Assembly: GCA_003216715.1 (NCBI GenBank)
Contig: QCIK01000004.1
Location: forward strand, 63,534 to 127,533
Direction of reading: 5' to 3'
DNA length: 64,000 nucleotides
Origin: Prochlorococcus sp. AG-402-L09
GTDB taxonomy: Bacteria > Cyanobacteriota > Cyanobacteriia > PCC-6307 > Cyanobiaceae
The position numbers and the translations under genes were made by a program. The notes under the pieces are model-generated. The model had not been told where the DNA came from. It was given only the letters and a program-made list of their open reading frames with translations, and made no database searches. This document shows positions 48,104 through 57,797 of this stretch, piece by piece (the stretch's first letter is position 1; every line of letters begins with the position of its first letter).

Positions 48104-49466
48104 TTTGACGATAATAGTCTTGAGTATGATAATAATTCAAAGCCGCATCTAAAGGACCATCATATGCAATTGAACCATGACTAAAAACAATACCTCTATT
48201 ACAAAACTGTTTTAAAAGTTCTTCAGAATGACTAGCCAAAAACAAAGTTGCAGCTGATTCCATAAATTGCTTCATTCTATCTTCAGCGCGATCACAGAAA
48301 TCTGCATCACCAGTTCCAAAACCTTCATCTATTGCTAGACAATCATGAGGACTTGAAGTAAGAATTGAAAAAATTAATCTTGCAGACATACCCTCGCTAT
48401 AGGTTTTTATAGGTAAAGAGATATATGAACCCAGTCCTGAAAAATCTATTATTTCATATAAAAACGAGTCGAAGCCATCTAAGCTATGATTTTTGAGCAA
48501 ATAATGCGCTTTACACGCATCAACTCCAGAAAGTTCTGAACTAGTCAAAAAAGTCTTTTGGAGCATAGGATAGACATCTACTAAGACGCTAATATTTCCA
48601 CTTGTAGGCAAATAAATACCTGAAATCAGTCTTAAAAAACTACTTTTCCCAGACCCGTTATGACCAATCAAACCTACCCTCTCTCCTTTCATAATAGTCA
48701 AACTAATATTATTTAGAGCAATAATATTAGTTCTATTTTTGGATTGATCTAGTGCCCCACCTGTAATATTTATGACTTTTTTTGTAAGTTTTTTGGTCAA
48801 AGATCTATTCTCTGAATGATAGATAGGAATTGACAAAGAAAGATTTTTAATTTCTATAGCAGTATTAGTAAGATTACTTATTGAGGCATCAGATAATAAA
48901 GAAATGATATTATTCACCTTGTCAATATTGACTTTCTTATGGGTAATATTATTTAGAAAATTAGATACTCTAATGAAAGTTTTTCCTGATCGCCAAGGTG
49001 ATAAAGAATCGGGTTTATACAAATCAATTAAAGCAATACTTTGACTAATTTGTTTTGTAAATAATTCTGCAGCAAAAATCTTATTCTCTAATACTTGATA
49101 ATCTTTTTTGTTCTGTTCAAAATTAACTAAGTAGGGTTTTTGCTTTGAAAAAACTAATTCAAAAACAATATCTGCTATTTCATAATTATGAGTATTAATC
49201 ATCTCCATCCAATAATTCAAACCATCAAAATCTGCTTTTCTATGAAATAAGTTTAGATATAGTTTATTAATCTTAAACTCAAAATTTTTATCATAAGCAA
49301 TATATTTTGTATACTCATCTTGCCTTGAAAGTTCATCAGATATTTGTCTTAGAGTGAATGATTCTTTAGAACGCGAAAGCCAATAATTTATGCCTGATGG
49401 GTCTCCGGGTCTGCCAAAATAGGCGATATATAGTTTTTGTAAATCATTCGAACCAACCTTAATCAT
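48093..49466 (-). CDS. wzt: Polysaccharide-export ABC ATPase (Wzt-like) fused to an N-terminal S-layer-type (DUF4214-like) domain
   Basis: C-terminal NBD: ALNNISL, GERVGLIGHNGSGKS, PIKTYSEGM, AIDEGFGTGDA, LASHS. N-terminal LQKLYIAYFGRPGDPSGINYW domain matches the S-layer gene in this window. Confidence 0.88.
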   Translation of the reverse strand: MIKVGSNDLQKLYIAYFGRPGDPSGINYWLSRSKESFTLRQISDELSRQDEYTKYIAYDKNFEFKINKLYLNLFHRKADFDGLNYWMEMINTHNYEIADIVFELVFSKQKPYLVNFEQNKKDYQVLENKIFAAELFTKQISQSIALIDLYKPDSLSPWRSGKTFIRVSNFLNNITHKKVNIDKVNNIISLLSDASISNLTNTAIEIKNLSLSIPIYHSENRSLTKKLTKKVINITGGALDQSKNRTNIIALNNISLTIMKGERVGLIGHNGSGKSSFLRLISGIYLPTSGNISVLVDVYPMLQKTFLTSSELSGVDACKAHYLLKNHSLDGFDSFLYEIIDFSGLGSYISLPIKTYSEGMSARLIFSILTSSPHDCLAIDEGFGTGDADFCDRAEDRMKQFMESAATLFLASHSEELLKQFCNRGIVFSHGSIAYDGPLDAALNYYHTQDYYRQNVI

Positions 49467-49488
49467 ATGATTAAATTCAATTCTTGTT

Positions 49489-52344
49489 TTAAACTTCTAC
49501 TTTCTTTTGAGCTGGTTGAAACATAAACATAGAATAAATGACATTCCTTCTCATATTTATCATCATATCTAAAAACATATCATATCCTTCATTCTTGTAT
49601 TCAATTAAAGGATCTTTTTGTCCATATCCTCTTAAGCCAACTGATTCACGAAGTGAATCCATAGATTGTAAATGCTCTCTCCAAAGAGTATCTAATTGTT
49701 GAAGTATAAAAAATCTCTCAGCTTGCCTCATTATTCCTGGATGTGTTTGTTCTACTGTAGCTTCCTTAACATCGTAAGCATTTCTTAATTGCTCTTTCAA
49801 AAAATCCTTTAATTCATTTTTATTTAATCCCAGTACATCTTGAGGTTGAAGATCTTCTAATAAATAAATAAATTCTTTTACTTTAGATACTAAATTATTT
49901 AAATCCCATTCTTCAGGTGGCAAGTCTTCATTAACATATGCTTCAACTATTTCTTCCATAGTTCTTTGACCATATCCAATAACTTGAAGTTTTAATTCTC
50001 TACCATCAAGTACTCTTCTTCTTTCTGAATAAACCGCTTTCCTCTGATTGTTCATTACTTCATCATACTCAAATATTTGTTTTCTTATGTCGTAATAATA
50101 TGTTTCCACTTTCTTTTGAGCACCCTCTAAAGACCGCGTAAGCATTCCCGACTCAATTGGCATATCTTCTTCAACTCGAAAAGCATTCATAAGGCCTGCA
50201 ACTCTATCTCCACCAAATATACGAAGAAGATTATCTTCTAATGATAGGAAGAATCGAGTACTCCCCAAGTCTCCTTGACGCCCTGCACGTCCTCGTAATT
50301 GATTATCAACCCTTCTTGATTCATGTCTTTCAGTGCCTATTACATGTAGTCCTCCAACTTTTTGAACATTAGTTGCTTCTTGGCTAAGTACCTCTTCATA
50401 TTCTTTTTTTATCAATTGTATTGCACTTCTCAAGTCCTCTATATTTTTGTCTTGAGTGGGTGTTTTTTCAGCAGCAGTAGCAATATAGTCATCTAGTTCC
50501 ATTGAGCTTAAGCTTCGATCTCCCCATTCCTTAACCAGATTTGAAGCTAATACAACAAGTTTTTGGTCAGTTTCATCAGTCAACAAGACAGGAAAAATAT
50601 TTTGTAAAGATAGTGATTGCACATTTTTTTTACTCTTAAATTCCTGATTATTATCTTCCTTAAATCCAACTGATTCAGAGCTTCTCTGAAGAGGTATGGG
50701 GGGTTTATGCCCTTCTTCAGGTTTTATTAAACGTGAACTAAGAATTTCTTTAATCTTCAATCTAGACATATAGTCACTATTACCTCCAAGAATAATATCT
50801 GTTCCTCTTCCAGCCATATTAGTAGCAATAGTCACTGCACCTGATCGACCTGCCTGCGCGACTATTTCAGCTTCTCTCTCAACATTTTCAGGTTTTGCAT
50901 TTAATAAATTATGCTTTATTTGTTGCTCTGATAAGAGAGAACTTAGAAGCTCGCTCTTCTCAACACTTGTTGTACCAACAAGAACTGGTCTTCCTTGTTT
51001 ATGAATCTCACCAGTTTCCTTCGCTACCGCTCTCCATTTTGCTGCTTCAGTTTTAAATACTTGATCCACCCAATCCTGTCTTGAGATTTTGCGGTTAGTA
51101 GGAATAACTGTTGTTTCTAATTTGTATGTTTTTTCGAATTCAACTTCCTCGGTTTTCGCAGTTCCTGTCATCCCTGACAGCTTTGGGTATAGAAGGAAGA
51201 AATTCTGGTATGTAATTGAAGCTAAAGTTTGAGTTTCAGGTTGAATAGGCAGATTTTCTTTAGCCTCTATTGCTTGATGTTGACCATCACTCCATCGTCT
51301 TCCTGGCATTACTCTGCCTGTGAATTCATCAACAATTACCGCCTCCTCATTGCGAACTATATAGTTGACATCTTTAACAAAAAGCTCTTTGGCTTTTAGT
51401 GCATTAGTTACATAATGAGCCCAAGGATCTTTTGGATCAAACAAGTCTGTAACTTTTAAGAGTTGTTCAGTTTTAGCGAACCCTTCATCTGTAAGGATGC
51501 AACTCCTTTGTTTCTCATCTACTTCATAATCCCCTTCTGGATCAATCCCGTCTTTACTATTATCTAAGGACCTTTGTAACTGTTCTACCACTGCTGATGC
51601 TTTTTGATATTTTTCCTGCGGCCGTTCTACCTGTCCCGAGATAATTAAAGGAGTTCTTGCTTCATCTATCAAAATTGAATCAACTTCATCAATCACACAA
51701 AATTGAAAATCTCTTTGAACTATTTCAGATTTATCTGCTGCCATATTATCTCGCAAATAATCGAAGCCCAACTCTGAATTAGTTGCATATGTAATATCAC
51801 ATTCATAATTTTTTTTTCTTTCTGATGGTGACATTGATTGCTGTACTAAACCCACACTGAGACCAAGGAAACGGTGGACTTGTCCCATCCATTCAGAATC
51901 TCTTCTTGCCAAATAATCATTAACAGTCACCACATGAACTCCTTTACCAGTTAATGCATTTAAATAACTTGGAAGTGTTGCGACTAATGTCTTACCTTCA
52001 CCAGTTTTCATTTCTGCAATTTGACCTTCATGTAAAACCATTCCGCCAACAAGCTGCACATCGAAATGTCTCATTCCTAAAACCCTTAAAGAGGCTTCTC
52101 TAACGACTGCAAATGCTTCCGGTAGAATTTCTTCCATTAAAGAAGTTTCATCGTCAATGGAAGAAATTTTTTCGAATTTTTCTCGAAAACTTATCGTTCT
52201 TCCTCTCAACTCTTCATCGGAAAGCTTAGTGATGTGCTCTTCTAGGATATTTATATCTGTAACTATTGGGTTGTAACGCTTGATCTTGCGTGCATTTGGA
52301 TCACCAAGTAAATTCTTAAACATTAAATTTGTGGGATCAATCAT
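49489..52344 (-). CDS. secA: Preprotein translocase subunit SecA
   Basis: [70 protein letters not shown]; true start possibly ATG 52323. Confidence 0.99.
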   Translation of the reverse strand: MIDPTNLMFKNLLGDPNARKIKRYNPIVTDINILEEHITKLSDEELRGRTISFREKFEKISSIDDETSLMEEILPEAFAVVREASLRVLGMRHFDVQLVGGMVLHEGQIAEMKTGEGKTLVATLPSYLNALTGKGVHVVTVNDYLARRDSEWMGQVHRFLGLSVGLVQQSMSPSERKKNYECDITYATNSELGFDYLRDNMAADKSEIVQRDFQFCVIDEVDSILIDEARTPLIISGQVERPQEKYQKASAVVEQLQRSLDNSKDGIDPEGDYEVDEKQRSCILTDEGFAKTEQLLKVTDLFDPKDPWAHYVTNALKAKELFVKDVNYIVRNEEAVIVDEFTGRVMPGRRWSDGQHQAIEAKENLPIQPETQTLASITYQNFFLLYPKLSGMTGTAKTEEVEFEKTYKLETTVIPTNRKISRQDWVDQVFKTEAAKWRAVAKETGEIHKQGRPVLVGTTSVEKSELLSSLLSEQQIKHNLLNAKPENVEREAEIVAQAGRSGAVTIATNMAGRGTDIILGGNSDYMSRLKIKEILSSRLIKPEEGHKPPIPLQRSSESVGFKEDNNQEFKSKKNVQSLSLQNIFPVLLTDETDQKLVVLASNLVKEWGDRSLSSMELDDYIATAAEKTPTQDKNIEDLRSAIQLIKKEYEEVLSQEATNVQKVGGLHVIGTERHESRRVDNQLRGRAGRQGDLGSTRFFLSLEDNLLRIFGGDRVAGLMNAFRVEEDMPIESGMLTRSLEGAQKKVETYYYDIRKQIFEYDEVMNNQRKAVYSERRRVLDGRELKLQVIGYGQRTMEEIVEAYVNEDLPPEEWDLNNLVSKVKEFIYLLEDLQPQDVLGLNKNELKDFLKEQLRNAYDVKEATVEQTHPGIMRQAERFFILQQLDTLWREHLQSMDSLRESVGLRGYGQKDPLIEYKNEGYDMFLDMMINMRRNVIYSMFMFQPAQKKVEV

Positions 52345-52569
52345 ACCAATTAATACAATATACTCTCTTTCACTTGAAAGTTGTAAAGTACTAGTACTAG
52401 TATTCAGAAAGTATTTATTAATAGTGTTATTGATTTAATAATTCTAGGGATTTTAGCGATTGAAGGAATTAGAACTGATATTTAAAAAGCAACGAGTAGA
52501 AATAAATATCAATTTAGATCGTACCAATAATAATGTAAAATAAAAAAGAGGCAATTTAAACTTTTCTGC

Positions 52570-53619
52570 ATGAAGACTGCACTAATAACAGGTATTACAG
52601 GACAAGACGGAAGTTATCTTGCAGAATTATTATTAGAAAAAGGATACATTGTTCATGGAATAGTCAGAAGGAATAGTCTATCAAATAGATCAAGGTTGAA
52701 AAACATTGAAGATAAAATTAAATTACATTATGGAGACCTAACTGATAGTCTTAATATTGTAAGAATAATAGGTGAAGTTAGACCTGATGAAATTTACAAT
52801 TTGGGCGCACAAAGTGATGTAGCTGTTAGTTTTGAATCTCCTGAATACACAGCGCAAACAGATGCATTAGGACCATTAAGAGTGCTTGAAGCAGTTAAAG
52901 TACTAAATCTTATAGATAAAACAAAAGTTTATCAAGCTAGTACTTCTGAACTTTTTGGTAAAGTTGTAGAAACTCCTCAAACTGAAAACACTCCTTTTTA
53001 TCCTAGAAGTCCTTATGGAGTAGCGAAATTATATGCTTACTGGATAACAATTAACTACAGAGAATCCTATGGAATATATGCTTGTAACGGTGTTTTATTT
53101 AATCATGAATCTCCAAGAAGAGGAGAAACATTTGTTACTCGCAAGATTACTAAAGGCTTAACAAGAATTGACGCGGGACTACAAAAATATCTAGAGATGG
53201 GCAATATTGATTCATATCGAGATTGGGGACATGCCAAAGATTATGTAGAGATGCAATGGAGAATGCTGCAACAAGATAAACCTGAAGATTATTTAATAGC
53301 TACAGGGCGACAAGCAAGTGTAAGAGAATTTATCAATTTGTCTGCAAAAAAATTAAATTGGGGGGGAATCCAATGGGAAGGGAAAGGTCTAAATGAAATT
53401 GGAAAAAGATTAGATACCGGAGAGATTGTAATTAGAATTAATTCTAATTATTTTCGTCCAGCAGAAGTTGAAACTTTACTTGGAGATCCTCGCAAAGCAT
53501 TTCTCAAGCTATCGTGGACCCCAAAGGTATCATTAGATGAACTGATTTCAGAAATGATTAACGAAGACAAGAAAGAAACTCAAGTTGAATTATATCTAAA
53601 AAATACAAATTCTAATTAA
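52570..53619 (+). CDS. gmd: GDP-mannose 4,6-dehydratase
   Basis: [85 protein letters not shown]. Confidence 0.97.
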   Translation: MKTALITGITGQDGSYLAELLLEKGYIVHGIVRRNSLSNRSRLKNIEDKIKLHYGDLTDSLNIVRIIGEVRPDEIYNLGAQSDVAVSFESPEYTAQTDALGPLRVLEAVKVLNLIDKTKVYQASTSELFGKVVETPQTENTPFYPRSPYGVAKLYAYWITINYRESYGIYACNGVLFNHESPRRGETFVTRKITKGLTRIDAGLQKYLEMGNIDSYRDWGHAKDYVEMQWRMLQQDKPEDYLIATGRQASVREFINLSAKKLNWGGIQWEGKGLNEIGKRLDTGEIVIRINSNYFRPAEVETLLGDPRKAFLKLSWTPKVSLDELISEMINEDKKETQVELYLKNTNSN

Positions 53620-53864
53620 ATTTATTATTAGTAATTAAAAAAATCAATAGAAACTTTTCCAGTTAAATGTTGAACAATAGTAAACATATGAAAATAAAAA
53701 ATAAGAATAGAAAAAAAGTATTAGATATTTTTCAAGTAAAGTAAAAAATATTAAAGTTTATTTGAAAAAAATAATCACATACCATTTCACCTCTAGTACG
53801 GCTATCCGATCTGTACGTGATCCTTTCAATTGAATAGTTTTGTTAAAGATTTTTTATCAAACAA

Positions 53865-54047
53865 ATGGCAAAAATTACAATTGATGGAACAGAATATGAT
53901 ACAGATCAGCTTTCTGAAGAAGCAAAAGGTAATCTCGCAAGTTTACAATTTGTAAGAACTGAAATGAACAGACTTCAAGCTCAAACTGCTGTTTACAAGA
54001 CTGCAGAAGTTGCTTATACTGCTGCATTAAAGCAGTCAATTAATTAG
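53865..54047 (+). CDS. Small coiled-coil protein (DUF6447-like)
   Basis: 60 aa, ITIDGTEY...LSEEAK..LASLQF...RLQAQ.AV...A..AY..AL pattern; first gene of the T1SS cluster. Family name is from recall. Confidence 0.75.
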   Translation: MAKITIDGTEYDTDQLSEEAKGNLASLQFVRTEMNRLQAQTAVYKTAEVAYTAALKQSIN

Positions 54048-54100
54048 CTTCAGGATGTATTATTATCTTTATAATATTACATTGGGTTCGTTAATAAAAA

Positions 54101-54832
54101 ATGGAGAGTCTTATTTGCTTGAATCAAGCAAGCATTGATTTACTTAATAAACATGGTTTATTGAGGAATTTAATTAGTGCAGAAATAACAGAAAATTTAT
54201 TACAAGACATTCCGGTTTCAGATACACAAAAGGAAACCTTTTTTAAAGAGTTTTGCAAAACTAGGAATTTATTAAACAAAGAGTCTCTTGATAGCTTTCT
54301 CAAAGAAAACTTTTTGACTATCGATAAATTAAACAAAGTATTAGCAACCTCTTTAAAAAAATCCATTTACTCATATGAAAATTTTAGAAGCCAAGCAGAG
54401 AGCAGATTTTTAGAAAGAAAAGAACAACTTGATTCTGTAATCTATAGTTTGATAAGAGTTAGAGATAAATTTAAAGCAAGGGAGATTTGGATACAGATTA
54501 ATGAAAAAGAATCTGAATTCAGTGATATGGCTTCCAAGTTTTCCGAGGGAGCAGAGAAAATGAGACAAGGTATTGTCGGCCCAGTACCTTTACTACAAGC
54601 AAACCCCAAAGTTTGTGAGCTACTCAGATCTCTAGAACCTGGTGAGTTAGCTCAGCCAATTCCAGTAGGTGGATTTTATCTAATTATTAGACTTGAAAAA
54701 TACTTGCCAGCGACCCTAGATGAACAAACAACGCAAACCATGTCGACAGAACTCTTTGATCAGTGGTTAAAGCAAGAAACAGAGCGTATGCTCAATGAGG
54801 TACTTACTTCGAAGAAAACTCCAATCACATAA
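54101..54832 (+). CDS. PpiC/parvulin-type peptidyl-prolyl isomerase
   Basis: YSLIRV...AREIW...FSDMASKFSEG...GIVGP...L..GE...PI....FYLIIRLE rotamase pattern; directly upstream of the HlyB gene. Confidence 0.85.
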   Translation: MESLICLNQASIDLLNKHGLLRNLISAEITENLLQDIPVSDTQKETFFKEFCKTRNLLNKESLDSFLKENFLTIDKLNKVLATSLKKSIYSYENFRSQAESRFLERKEQLDSVIYSLIRVRDKFKAREIWIQINEKESEFSDMASKFSEGAEKMRQGIVGPVPLLQANPKVCELLRSLEPGELAQPIPVGGFYLIIRLEKYLPATLDEQTTQTMSTELFDQWLKQETERMLNEVLTSKKTPIT

Positions 54833-54836
54833 AAAT

Positions 54837-57797
54837 ATGACAAAAAAACACGATATAAATCTTAGAGAAATTGATGGTTTTAAAAACATCAATGAAGAGT
54901 CATTAAAAAAAATAAAAGAAAATTTTGAAGTGCTTCAATATGATTTCAGCCAAGTATTATCATGCTCTCAAATTATTTCCAACAAAATACTTTTTTTACT
55001 TGAAGGTGAAGCAAGGTTAATAATAAACAATGACGACCAGTTAATTACATTAGATAAATTAACTAGACCAACCACCGTTGGTCTAGTCTCGCTACTACGT
55101 GCTGAGCCATGCGAGGAAGTCAGTGCAGTTACAGACGTCAAAGCTATAGCAATTCCAGACAAGTTAATACTAGATATATATCAAAATGATCAAATATTTA
55201 GAGATTGGTGTAATAAATTAATTTACTCTGTTGAAATTTATTCAGTCCTATCTAAATGTAATATAGGATTCCTTAAATCTGCTATAAATAAAGCTAGTTG
55301 TTTTAGTTTAATCAAATCAAACTCTAATATAAAAACGTACACAAATAACGAATTATGTATCACAAAAAAAAATTATTTTAGCTTTGTAAGCAGTGCTAAT
55401 TTAATAGATTTAAAACCCGGAGACTTATTAAATAACAATGAAAAGATAGAATCTAGACCGCCAATGAATGTGAGAGTACTAGAAGTTTCAAAAGATGTTG
55501 AACATTTAATAGACAAACTGAGTCCTAATAAATCAAACTTGAATCAAAATATCGAAACAACTGGATCTCTAAATTCACAAACTAACCTATCAAAAGCGCC
55601 ATACACTCCTGAGATAAGTTCTATCGAACTAGGAAGTTATAGTACTAACCAACCATTCAATATCATCAAAGCAAATGGGAAGCTAGAGGAAACACTAGCC
55701 TGCTTACAAATGCTATCTGCATTCCTTAAGCTTCCATTCAGGAGAGATAGTATTGAGAAAATTCTTAGAGATAGCGTATCAAGAAACCAAACTATATCTG
55801 TTGAGTTGTGTGGTTCAATTGCTGGAATCCTTGGGTTACACCCAACAATTGCAACTAAGGTTAATTTTGTTGCAGCAACAAGACTTCAAGCACCTTGTTT
55901 AATTACATGGAAAGATAGTTTTGCAATAGTCACTAAAAGCGATTCAAGCGGTCTTCAAATAGCATCTCCTAGTGAAGGTTTAATAAATATCAAGAAAGAT
56001 AATCTTGAAAATCAATTTCCTGAGGGATTTGATATTTTATTTGTAGATAGAACAAATGCAACACCAAATAAAAAGTTTGGAGTCAATTGGTTTTGGCCAT
56101 CTTTAAAGAAATATAGAACAAGCCTGATACAAGTTTTAATCGCATCTTTTGTAGTTCAACTTTTTGGTTTAGCTAACCCTTTATTAATTCAAGTTATTAT
56201 TGATAAAGTCATTTCTCAAAGAAGTCTAGATACTCTTCAAGTTTTAGGAATTGCTTTAGTTGTTGTTACAGTCATTGGCGGTTTAATTAGTACTCTGAGA
56301 ACATTTCTATTTACTGAAACAACAAATCGCATAGATGTAAGGCTAAGTGCAGAGGTTATCGATCATCTTTTAAGACTGCCATTAAATTACTTTGATAAAA
56401 GAGCAGTTGGTGAATTAGGCAGCAGAGTTGCAGAATTAGAACAAATTAGAAATTTTTTAACAGGTCAGGCTTTAACTACAATTCTAGATGCTGCTTTTTC
56501 AATTATTTATATAATTGTCATGGTTATGTATAGCTGGCTTTTAACAATAGCGGCCTTATTTGTAGTTCCTATTCAAATAGCTCTGACACTTTTAGGTGCT
56601 CCAATAATTAGAAGACAAATTAGGGAAATAGCAATCGAGAATGCTAAAACCCAGAGTCATTTAGTAGAAGTGTTAACAGGTGTACAAACAGTCAAAGCAC
56701 AAAATGTTGAAACAGTCAGTAGATGGAAATGGCAAAACTTTTACAAAAAATATATTTCAAGATCATTTGAAAAAACAATTACAGGAACGACACTTAGTGA
56801 GATAAGTAATGTGATGCAACAATTATCTCAATTAATAGTATTGTGGATTGGTGCAACATTAGTTTTAAAAGGGCAGCTTACTTTAGGACAATTAATTGCG
56901 TTTAGAATAATCTCAGGTTATGTAACTCAACCACTACTTAGGCTAAGTACTATTTGGCAAAATGTTCAACAATTAAGAGTTTCGTTTGAACGTTTGTCAG
57001 ATATTATAGATACCCCAGAAGAATCAAGTGAAGCAGACAAAGCTAATCTCACATTACCAACTATAGAAGGAACAGTATCATTCAAAAACGTCTCCTTTAG
57101 CTTTCCACATAGTGATAAGCAAATACTATCTAATATTTCTCTTAATATTCAACCAGGTACTTTTGTAGGCATTGTTGGACAAAGTGGAAGTGGTAAAAGC
57201 ACACTTATGAAACTTTTACCAAGGTTATACCAATCAAATTCAGGTAAAATTTCGATAGATAACTATGACATAGATAAAGTTGAACTTTATTCTTTGAGAC
57301 GACAAATTGGGATTGTTCCTCAAGACCCTTTACTTTTCGCGGGCAGCGTTAGCGAAAATATATCTCTAGCAGATCCAAATGCGAAAAGTGAAGATATTGT
57401 CAATGCAGCAAAGATTGCAGCAGCTCATGATTTCATAATGGATTTACCTCTTGGATATAGCAGCGACGTAGGGGAGAGAGGATCTGGACTCTCAGGAGGA
57501 CAAAAGCAAAGAATAGCCATTGCAAGAACAATTATGAGTAATCCAGGAATGATTATTTTAGATGAAGCAACAAGTGCTCTTGATTATGAAACAGAGAGAA
57601 AAGTTTGCGAAAATTTGAGAAAATCATCCAAAGGTAAAACAGTATTTTTTATTACACATAGGCTATCAACCATAAAGAATGCGGATCTGATAGTTATGCT
57701 TCATGATGGTGTAATAGCTGAAACTGGAACTCATACAGAGCTTATAAATAAAAGAGGCCGTTACTTTGCACTTTATCGTCAACAAGAGTCAACTTAA
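54837..57797 (+). CDS. Type I secretion ABC transporter (HlyB family) with cNMP-binding-like and C39-like N-terminal domains
   Basis: ANPLLIQVIIDKV, LLRLPLNYF, Walker A GQSGSGKST, signature LSGGQKQRIAIAR, Walker B ILDEATSALD, ITHRLSTI; ATG 54837 preferred over 54795. Confidence 0.94.
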   Translation: MTKKHDINLREIDGFKNINEESLKKIKENFEVLQYDFSQVLSCSQIISNKILFLLEGEARLIINNDDQLITLDKLTRPTTVGLVSLLRAEPCEEVSAVTDVKAIAIPDKLILDIYQNDQIFRDWCNKLIYSVEIYSVLSKCNIGFLKSAINKASCFSLIKSNSNIKTYTNNELCITKKNYFSFVSSANLIDLKPGDLLNNNEKIESRPPMNVRVLEVSKDVEHLIDKLSPNKSNLNQNIETTGSLNSQTNLSKAPYTPEISSIELGSYSTNQPFNIIKANGKLEETLACLQMLSAFLKLPFRRDSIEKILRDSVSRNQTISVELCGSIAGILGLHPTIATKVNFVAATRLQAPCLITWKDSFAIVTKSDSSGLQIASPSEGLINIKKDNLENQFPEGFDILFVDRTNATPNKKFGVNWFWPSLKKYRTSLIQVLIASFVVQLFGLANPLLIQVIIDKVISQRSLDTLQVLGIALVVVTVIGGLISTLRTFLFTETTNRIDVRLSAEVIDHLLRLPLNYFDKRAVGELGSRVAELEQIRNFLTGQALTTILDAAFSIIYIIVMVMYSWLLTIAALFVVPIQIALTLLGAPIIRRQIREIAIENAKTQSHLVEVLTGVQTVKAQNVETVSRWKWQNFYKKYISRSFEKTITGTTLSEISNVMQQLSQLIVLWIGATLVLKGQLTLGQLIAFRIISGYVTQPLLRLSTIWQNVQQLRVSFERLSDIIDTPEESSEADKANLTLPTIEGTVSFKNVSFSFPHSDKQILSNISLNIQPGTFVGIVGQSGSGKSTLMKLLPRLYQSNSGKISIDNYDIDKVELYSLRRQIGIVPQDPLLFAGSVSENISLADPNAKSEDIVNAAKIAAAHDFIMDLPLGYSSDVGERGSGLSGGQKQRIAIARTIMSNPGMIILDEATSALDYETERKVCENLRKSSKGKTVFFITHRLSTIKNADLIVMLHDGVIAETGTHTELINKRGRYFALYRQQEST

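Noticed and set aside
52389-52402. 14-bp perfect palindrome TACTAGTACTAGTA between secA and gmd
   Set aside because: A short CTAGTA tandem in AT-rich DNA; it matches no operator I recognise and has no second copy.
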